Positions 54,140 to 64,000 of a stretch of DNA of 64,000 nucleotides are shown here, in pieces; the first letter of the stretch is position 1; every line of letters begins with the position of its first letter. The notes below the pieces were generated by a model. The model worked only from the letters and a program-made list of their open reading frames with translations, did no database searches and was not told the origin of the DNA. This DNA is from Octopus sinensis (taxonomy: Eukaryota): the NCBI RefSeq assembly GCF_006345805.1, contig NC_043003.1, positions 115,320,001 through 115,384,000 of the forward strand. Direction: 5' to 3'. Position numbers and translations under genes: made by a program.

Positions 54140-54737
54140 ATAAATAAAATTAGAGATAAAACCACTATTAGGCAACTCAAACAGTGATAGACATAAACCA
54201 AAACATAAAAAACGAAAAATTAAATATATAATTAATATAATATACAAAATATATATAACATATAAAATTTAGAATTCAAATTTTTAAATCTATATTTATA
54301 AATTCTTATAATTTTATATTTTAAATTTTAAATTTATAAATTTTTAAACTTTTATTTTTATTTTAATTTTCAAACTAGCCAAAAAGTATTAAAAAGTTTA
54401 ATATAGTATAATAAGTATTATATTATATTATATTATTTACTTATTACTTATTATATGATATTAAACTTTTAATACTTTTTGGTTAGTTTAAAATTTTTTA
54501 AAGAAATAAAAGTTTAAAAATTTATAAATTTAAAATTTAAAATATAAAAATATAAAAATTTAAAAACATAAATTTAAAAATTTCAAATTTTAATAATTCA
54601 AATTTTAAATTTTATATTTTATAGATATTTTCTATATTATATTAATTATATATATATTTTTTGGTTTCTTATGTTTTGGGTTATGTCTATCACTGTTTGA
54701 GTTGCCTAATAGTTGTTTTATCTCTAATTTAATTTAT
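54140..54737. repeat. ~600-bp imperfect palindrome with an extremely AT-rich core
   Basis: Outer arms ...tattaggcaactcaaacagtgatagacataa / ttatgtctatcactgtttgagttgcctaata; symmetry continues to ~54420-54440. Confidence 0.92.
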
Positions 54738-56427
54738 GTTCATACTGTGAAATTTGATTTAATATATATATATGCATGTGTGTATGTGTGTCGTGCCCAG
54801 TGAAAGTGTTCCGTTTAAAATTTTCTTTTTATATGGAAAACTGCTTGCATCGAAGCAGAAACATATCTATTAAAGTACACCTTGGAAGATTTTGAGTCTA
54901 ATGAAAACTTTTATAAATAATTTACACCTGAATGACTTCAGAAACCATTAAGGACCTGAACAATGGAAAACGTCATGGTTCAGGTGGCTGGAGTACTTAT
55001 CCTAATCGGGCATATTTGCCATTTAGTGTCATTCAAATGCTGAGTACGAGATAATCCAATGCTGTTTTAACAAGAACATTGCTTCAGTACTTGTAAACGA
55101 GGAGAGGCCAAAATACATTAGACTCTGCTCTAAAGAGGGGAGATATGCAATAATAAACGTATCTCACATGCATCAATCATCCATACTTACCACACTCACT
55201 TTAACACATATACACGCACGTGCAAGCATGTATGGTTATGGGGTTCTTATAATATCTAACATCTGCCATTGCGATTGAAAACTAGAAAAACCGCATGAGC
55301 TGGACTGCAGTATAGTCATTCAAATGTACAAACGTACAGTGAATACAAAATACTGTAATATTCTCTATAGCATAAGGATTTTCAATACCTTTCAGATATA
55401 TTAATAACAACAAATATGACAGAAAAAGACACAGACCAATTTTTATTTAACGAGGTAAAAATATATCATCCCAAGAACCGTAAATGCGGTCGGGTTTCCA
55501 GCACGTTTAAACCCCGAAACAAAATATACCGACTGGAATTCGCAAATGAAATAAATATATCAATGTTGATGCCTAAGAATCTCCACAAACTGTGGCTTAA
55601 AGAAGGAAGAATAAAAATATGGCATCATATTCTTATGGATGGTAATTGCTTCATGGATATCTTTATGAAACGGAAAAAAGCTTTCTGTCAAAATGTCTAG
55701 CACAAATAGTTATTGAAATGAGACACTGAACACTCACATATACAAAAACGTACATATACAAGAATACTTAGCGATACGCAAATTCAGACACAGTCACTCA
55801 CTCACTCACTCACACATATATACACAAAAGCACACACATACACACATACACGCAGACACAGTAATACAAAGATATAGAAAGAAAATGTAGAAAGATGGTT
55901 TGTGAAATTTCTCTTAAATAACAAGGCAAAAATATTTACATTTTTATTAAAATATTCAACCGGTTTCATTTATTTTTGGAAACCTAATCATGCATAAGAA
56001 AATTAATTGAAGTTAAATTTTAAAAGAAACAACTTTCATAACGAAATCTCGACAGCGTATTTACCACTGTAGGGGTGAAGCGGTTACTACTCTTAATGCT
56101 AAAACTACCATATCTGCTGTGAGGACTACACCTCCCACACTTACCGCTGTCTTGCCCTGACACTAAAGGAAAGGAATGAGGCGCTGCATTCATGGCTTTA
56201 ACCGACTCCATTTCGTAACGCTGGGTTAATTGCAATTACAGTGGTGGCAATAGTAACACAAATTTAACTCGGGCGAGATATGAACTTAGAACGTAAAAAT
56301 GTACAAAATATCCAACGATCCCTTGTATTGCTAACGATTACGCCAGCTCACAGCCTTATGTAAATAGTAATACAAATAACATATTTATAAAAATATTATT
56401 CATGAATGCTTTAAATGTATATTGAAA

Positions 56428-57022
<595 letters not shown>

Positions 57023-57617
57023 TTATTATTATATGTCCTAATGCAATACCAGGCAGTGGCCCGCATAGCTTCTGATCTTAAGTGATTGGAAGTGATATCA
57101 TGTACATTGTTTTGTCTTGGTATGAAAAATAGGTTACAGCAAATATTCTGCTCAATACCACAGATTTGCTTGTCAGTTGTTTGACCTTAACCAGTTGAGC
57201 ATGTCCCATGGTGGCTGATGAGGTTAAATACCTATCAAAGTATTACTCTAACAATTGTTCGTTAAATCGTTGCTCGTGGATGTTTGTTTTCTGAATTTTT
57301 AGACACATTTCTAATTTAAAATTCTTAAATTTGTAAAAATAAGAATGAGAATAACATTTTGCAATTAATGATCCATCGGTTTGCAAAACTACTTTTATGA
57401 AATGAACAGATTAATGTTAAAGTAATATCTAGTGTTTGTTTCCATCGTAACTGTATTTTCTCAGGAATTCAAAGGATCAATGCAGATGTCGACAGATTGT
57501 TTGTCATACAGTCCATATTTGGTAAATAGCTTCGAATCAATATCTTTGGAAGTAAAAGATACAATGCCATAAGAGTGTTTTATAAGATCTAAATTATTTT
57601 GATTTCAACTTTTTTCA

Positions 57618-57800
57618 GAAGACATTTGGGGGAGTAAATCAATTACGTCGACCCCACTGCTCAAATGGTACTTGCTTTATCGACCCGGGAAGGAGGAAAA
57701 GTAAAGTAGATCTCAGTGGAATTTGAACTTAGAAGTTAATGACAGGCGAAATGCCATGAAGTATTTTGCCTGCCGTGTTGACTACTCTGAGAGCTCGCCG
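57618..57800 (-). mobile_element. Old SINE family B copy
   Basis: Diverged match to the family head and body. Confidence 0.7.
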
Positions 57801-58618
57801 CATTATAGAATATCTAAGATATATTAATCGGTATTAATATGAATGCGAATGAAAGACGGATACGATTCATTACTAGTCAAGCGTTTAAGGTAAATTGCTT
57901 CGTATTAACATTATTGGAAGAATGCAGGAGAACATTTCGACCGTGTGTCAGAATATCTAAAATATATTTAAAATGAGTAAGAATATTAATCAAAAACTCA
58001 CTAAAATTCTCTAGAACATCGTTGTATTTAGATATAAACTTTATTTTTAAACTTACAACGTAATAAATAAATTAATTTGTAAATAAGTTTTTAAAATTTT
58101 TCTTTTGAAATAAGACAAGACCGAAACCTCCGAGTGTCTTTGCAATATTTTTTTTTCTTTTTATAATGAAATGCACGGATAAATAATATTTAATGAAACA
58201 GTTAGTTACATCCAACTTATATGAGATGACAAATTTGAAAATTCACTTTAACATATTATAGAATGTAAAAGCATTTTCATAATGAAAGAAATCTTACAAT
58301 TCCTTCTCATTAACTTCAAACATTTTAAATATTAGTGACCTATTAGAAATATTTCGCACTTATATACTGCCATCTTAGTCAATAAACACGAAAAATCGAT
58401 GTAATTTAGAATAAACTTATTTAGACTATACTTTGTTCTACAGTTTAGATACTGACAAACATATAACCGCTTACATACTCGCACATAGGCATAAAGAAGC
58501 ACTTGGATTGATACAATTTACAAACACATATACCAGTACATGCATAAATACATACATGTATACATACATACACACACACACATATATACATATTACATAC
58601 ATACATACATACATATAT

Positions 58619-59118
58619 GTATTTTTACGTTCGCTATTTCCAGTAAATATCGGTACTTAGTTGTGCCATTTATTTACTAATTTGTGTATTTTTCCCTCAC
58701 GGGCTACTTTTTACTGGAAGACAATACTTTGTATTGCATTACTGATATTTTGAAACTTCTTCACCGTTTCTCGTACTGTTAGCGTTCCGTATTTCAGTCG
58801 AGTGTGTTAGTATTCATGTGGTAACATCGTAGTTTCGTCTTGGTATATGTTTGGCTGAAGAAGGTAAAGCAAAATGTGGGTGAGAGACATATCTTGCAAA
58901 ACCTGAAACCTGCAGGTACCACATTATCCATTTTCCGGGTGTTTCATCTTTCAGATGTTCTCCCTGGAGGTAAGACGGTTTTTTTTTCTCTATTTTGTTG
59001 CACACACGCATTTTTACTAATACATACGCGGTGAAGCTACACATTAGCGTCGTATTTTTACGTTCGCTATTTCCAGTAAATATCGGTACTTAGTTGTGCC
59101 ATTTATTTACTAATTTGT
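58619..59118 (+). mobile_element. 433-bp hammerhead-containing unit with 67-bp terminal redundancy (retrozyme or pLTR-like)
   Basis: 58619-58685 is repeated at 59052-59118; internal hammerhead; TA-rich microsatellite flanks. Confidence 0.75.
58852..58921 (+). ncRNA. Type-I hammerhead ribozyme with an intact core
   Basis: tgg-CTGAAGA-aggt...acct-GAAAC-ctgcag-GTA-cca; palindromic stem III acctgcaggt; predicted cleavage after 58918. Confidence 0.82.
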
Positions 59119-59360
59119 ATATATATATATATAATATATATATATATTATATATATATCTTTGAAAAATCCACCAGAATGGACGAAAGCGCTTTTATATA
59201 TGATATATGAGATGAGTTGTATGATGTATAAAAACATGTAATATACAAATAAATATCTGTAAATATAAAACCATCCGAATTTCTGAGTACCTCATTTCTT
59301 CTAATATAAAATACCTGTACATCATATCCAAACCTTCCAATATATATATATATATATATA

Positions 59361-59454
59361 TTATTTTATAGAAGGAGCTTCTACAGGACTAGAACTGATG
59401 ATTTCATTTGAATGAAACAGTTCTAGTCCTGTAGAAGCTCCTTCTATAAAATAA
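59361..59454. repeat. 37-bp perfect inverted repeat closing on a hammerhead-like core
   Basis: Arms 59361-59397 and 59418-59454; the centre reads CTGATGA-tttcatttgaat-GAAAC. Confidence 0.8.
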
Positions 59455-60510
59455 ATTAATTTACTCTGCTATGTATTGAGTACCTTATTTACTGTGGTTA
59501 ACCCCGACTCAACCCGGGACCTACATATATATATATATATATATAATATATATATTATATATATTATATATACTCTGTGTGTGTGGTGTGTGTAATTACG
59601 GCTTCTTCTATAACTACAGCTAGAAAGAATTTGTTTACCTGTTTTGTTGAGCTGTAGTTTTCATTCTGTTCTTTGGCTGACTCCAGCCATGTCGTAATTA
59701 AGCTTAGCCGAAAATCATTACGACCGTGAATAAGAGGACCCTCCTCAGGTAATTCATCTGAAGATTAACCAATTGTTTAACAGGCTGAGGGCTGTGGCTC
59801 CAAAGTTGCAGATAGTATTCATCTATTTTCAATAAATAATCTCCCACGCCAAATATGGAGTATTGCACTAAATCTTCGATTTATTCCTTCATTTCGTGTG
59901 ATTTGGAATATCTTGAACACGAGCTAAACCTATAACAGTATACAGAACAGCAAGATTTGTTTGAACTATACCTATTTTTATTTTAGCGCATGGCTATGAA
60001 CGATAGCTTCAAACATAATGTTAAGAGACGTTAAACACTTTGGAGGAGATAAAACATTGAAAACTGCAGTTAAATGTAACGTGATTATTCATGTTTGCCG
60101 TTTATATTTTCACGTCGTTACAAATCATACATACAAGAAGAACGAGATAATATCGTATATATGTATTTGCAAAGATAATAATCTGGATATATGTATACAT
60201 TGTGTATATATGTGTATGTATGTATGTATATATATATGATTTTATTCATAATAACCGGCAAATTACAGATGAACAAAGTGTTACATTCACGTATATTTGC
60301 AAACATACATGCAAATATGCATATATGAATTGGTTTATTTACGAAAACGTTCTCTTACGTAATGTTCATTTTAGATAGATGCAAGGTGTGGTCGCTCTCA
60401 GATTGGTGTATTTGTGTGTGTAACGTTTTCTTTCGTCTGATTTTGATGAAGCACTTAGTAACATTGATGCAAAAAAACCGACGGCAATTGCGGTGCCGTG
60501 AAATCTAACT

Positions 60511-60571
60511 GAACGACACACGCTCCTACATACATGCCTATATATGTATACCGTCACACTCAAGCACACGG

Positions 60572-60618
<47 letters not shown>

Positions 60619-60649
60619 CTATCTATCTATCTATCTATCTATATCTATC

Positions 60650-60689
<40 letters not shown>

Positions 60690-60854
60690 CTCCTCTCTCT
60701 CTCTCTATATATATATATTATATATTATATATATACCAAGCTGTCTATCTATCTATCTATCTATCTATCTAGATAGATAGATAGATAGATAGATAGACAG
60801 CTTGTATATATATATATATATATAATATATATATATATCTAGATATATATGTAC

Positions 60855-60887
<33 letters not shown>

Positions 60888-60913
60888 CAGCTTGGTATAT
60901 ATATATATTATAT

Positions 60914-60944
<31 letters not shown>

Positions 60945-61061
60945 CTAGATATATATATATATATATATATATCTAGATATATATATATATATCTAGATAT
61001 GTATATATATATATCTATATATATAATATATATTATATATATATATATATCTATATATATC

Positions 61062-61093
<32 letters not shown>

Positions 61094-61159
61094 CAGCTTG
61101 GTATATATATATTATAGAGAGAGAGAGAGAGAGTGAGAGAGAGAGAGAGAGTGAGAGTG

Positions 61160-61201
<42 letters not shown>

Positions 61202-61285
61202 TAGATAGATAGATAGATAGATAACCGTGTGCTTGAGTGTGCCGGTATACATATATAGGCATGTATGTAGGAGCGTGTGTCGTTC
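60511..61285. repeat. Fold-back inverted duplication built around ATCT/AGAT/TA tracts
   Basis: The unique segment gaacgacacacgctcc...caagcacacggttatc recurs inverted at ~61220-61285; ccaagctgtc recurs inverted three times. Confidence 0.85.
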
Positions 61286-61372
61286 TAAATACACACACAC
61301 CACACAGACCTAGATACACACACACACATACATATACATATCTAGATAGATAGATAGATAGATAGATAGATA

Positions 61373-62136
61373 TGTTTCTTTATTAGCCACACAGGCTGCA
61401 CACAGATAGAACAAATTACAAGGTAAAGCTTTTCTTTTGAAGGTATTAAAAAAAAAAAAAAAGGGGGAGGTTCGATCAAAGGGATCGTAAAAGGAGAGAA
61501 AGAGGACAAAAATAAGGGGGGTTAAAAAAAAAATAATAAAAAAGGGGGGAGAGGGAAAAAAATGATCAATAGGATCGTTATCACAGAAATGTCAATATGA
61601 AGTGTAAAAGGGGAGGACAGGTGAGGTTTACCCGTGGAAAGAAAAGCCTGCGGAAAAGACCACGGTAACCTCGGTCAATGAAGTCACATTTATATTTTTT
61701 TTTTTTTTTGCAAATAAGCAACTCTCTGTTTTCGATTTCTGGGTTCATAGGACTATGCTCAAGGTGGCTTCGTCATTCATACGTGCCATTCTTGCTACAT
61801 TCACCCATCTTTTTTTAAAACATTCGCTAGACAAAACTTGCCTCTCTACTCTCACTTTCTTTTCAAGTGGTACTTGAAGAAGTTGATGAGAGATTGACCA
61901 GAGAGGAAAGTGTTTGTCTCCAATCCTTTCAGACGCGTCCACCAGATACATTCTTTCGCCATAGCCACAAGGATGATGAAAATAGCTCTTCCTTCCCGTT
62001 TGAAGGAAGGAGGCGTGACAATATTGACGATAGACTCAGCTGATAAACCGACTCGTCCCACACGTGACAGCAGTTGTTCGACATAAGCCCACAGGTCGGA
62101 AATTGTTGGACACTGAACGAGTGCGTGCAGAACGGT

Positions 62137-62137
<1 letters not shown>
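61373..62137 (-). mobile_element. 5'-truncated Tx1/L1-type LINE (ORF2 C-terminus and 3' UTR) inside (AGAT)n
   Basis: TVLHALVQCP....LW (end of the L1/Tx1 C-terminal knuckle)...AKECIWWTR...F.KRW; stop at 61745; one frameshift near 61855; tail gcagcctgtgtggctaataaagaaac; AGAT repeats on both sides. Confidence 0.82.
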
Positions 62138-62167
<30 letters not shown>

Positions 62168-62194
62168 GTATTTTGTCTTTAATGTTTTGCATGT

Positions 62195-62560
62195 TTCAGT
62201 TATTGACTGTGGCCATGCAGCAGTACTTCCTAGAAAACATATTACGGAGGTGAATCAACCCCCTCCTCTATTTATTTCTCTTTAGCCTCGTACTTAATAT
62301 ACCGATGTCTTTAATCGAATCTTTAAGATACGAGGACGTAAACAACCCGACACTGGCTGTCTGAGGTAGTAGAGGACAAACTCAAACACAAAGGGACACA
62401 CACACACACACACACACTTATGTATATATATTACGAGCTTCTTTCAGTTTCTGTCTACCAATTACACTCAATTCCATGAATTTACAGTTGATCCCGTGAT
62501 ATACTAGAAACGCGGTGGGATTGAACTGAGAACTAAGTGATTTGGAAACAAACACCCTAC
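62195..62560 (-). mobile_element. Old SINE family A-related copy
   Basis: tttcagttattgactgtggccatgc, ggacgtaaac and gcttctttcagtttctgtctacca match the family reverse complement. Confidence 0.65.
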
Positions 62561-62804
62561 CATGTGTGTGTGTGTTGGCAACCCCGCTTGACAGTGAGAG
62601 TTCGTGTGCTTGTGTTGTCGGGACAGAGCGTTTCGTCAAGAGCACAATAGAATAAGTAAGAGGCAAAAGAAAATAGAATTGAGAAGTGGTGGGGGTGCGA
62701 GGTCGCAATCTAAGGAGTGAAACATGAAAAAAATAATCTAAATACACACACACCACACAGACCTAGATACACACACACACACACATACATATGCATATAT
62801 GTGG

Positions 62805-63293
<489 letters not shown>

Positions 63294-64000
63294 TATATGT
63301 ATGTATCTGTGTATATAAATGTGGATATAGATATAGAGACCCGAATACCTATGTATACATGTGTACACTCAATCTCATGCATACGCAATTACTCATACGC
63401 TGATACATATATTTACGGTGAGGCTCATGAAAAATATTTAGACCCGAATCCAAAAATATAACCAAACATATATACATACATACATACATACGTAGGTTTT
63501 TGTTTGTGAATGTGTATATATATTCTCGCATACAATTTCTTTTTAAGCAGCAGGCATGTCATGTATATTCACCCATATCCTTTCTAACATTCTTTTTGCC
63601 AACTGTTATTTTATATACATACAAATGTTCACACATCTGGAAATAATTAGAAGCATGTAGCCAGAGGTTTACAAGGGTTAGACGAAATAATGTAACACAA
63701 TATCAACTCTTTGATCTACGCTCGAAACTGGGGGTAATTGATCCGGGAGATTTTTTTCTCCGACGTGTGTGCGTATGCGGAGGGTCACAATATGGGCGTT
63801 TATATCACTATGTGTAAATATGAGTGGGTGTTAAAATATGTGTGATTTATACCTGCATTTCTCTATGTTGTGTAATTTTAAACAAACAGATTGCTGTGAG
63901 CAAATGTTTAACCCGGAGGCGGCTTTTGTTTTTTTGTATTTTTTTAAATTATTTCACTGTTCTTAATTCAATGTCGTCTTTAGGTTCTATTTCATCACGC

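Overview
AT-rich, microsatellite-dense animal DNA with no host protein-coding gene that I can support. The repeat landscape looks cephalopod (Octopus-like); that assignment is recognition and inference, not proof. Most ORFs in the track are translations of (TA)n, (AGAT)n, (AAT)n, (ATG)n and (CTT)n tracts. The only long intact ORF (11687-12892, 401 aa, one CCHC knuckle, LINE ORF1-like) lies in a 2.28-kb element (11143-13426) with no RT or endonuclease. That element has tandem repeats in both UTRs and splits the tRNA-like head of a SINE with a ~16-bp target duplication. Its 3' end shares a covarying hairpin tail with a Tx1/L1-type LINE fragment (61373-62137) and with one tail variant of an abundant SINE, which suggests a three-tier LINE / ORF1-only / SINE system. 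The window also holds about ten unrelated type-I hammerhead ribozyme motifs, mostly in short elements within TA tracts (Penelope pLTR or retrozyme-like), several as fold-back palindromes. One 600-bp palindrome has a core almost stripped of G/C. Other content: seven copies of a GG-terminated, 8-bp-TSD MITE with TTAGGG repeats, a tandem Helitron pair, RTE and R4/Dong-type LINE relics, and a 28S rRNA fragment. SINE family letters (A-D) are my own labels. Coordinates were read by eye and may be off by a few bases.
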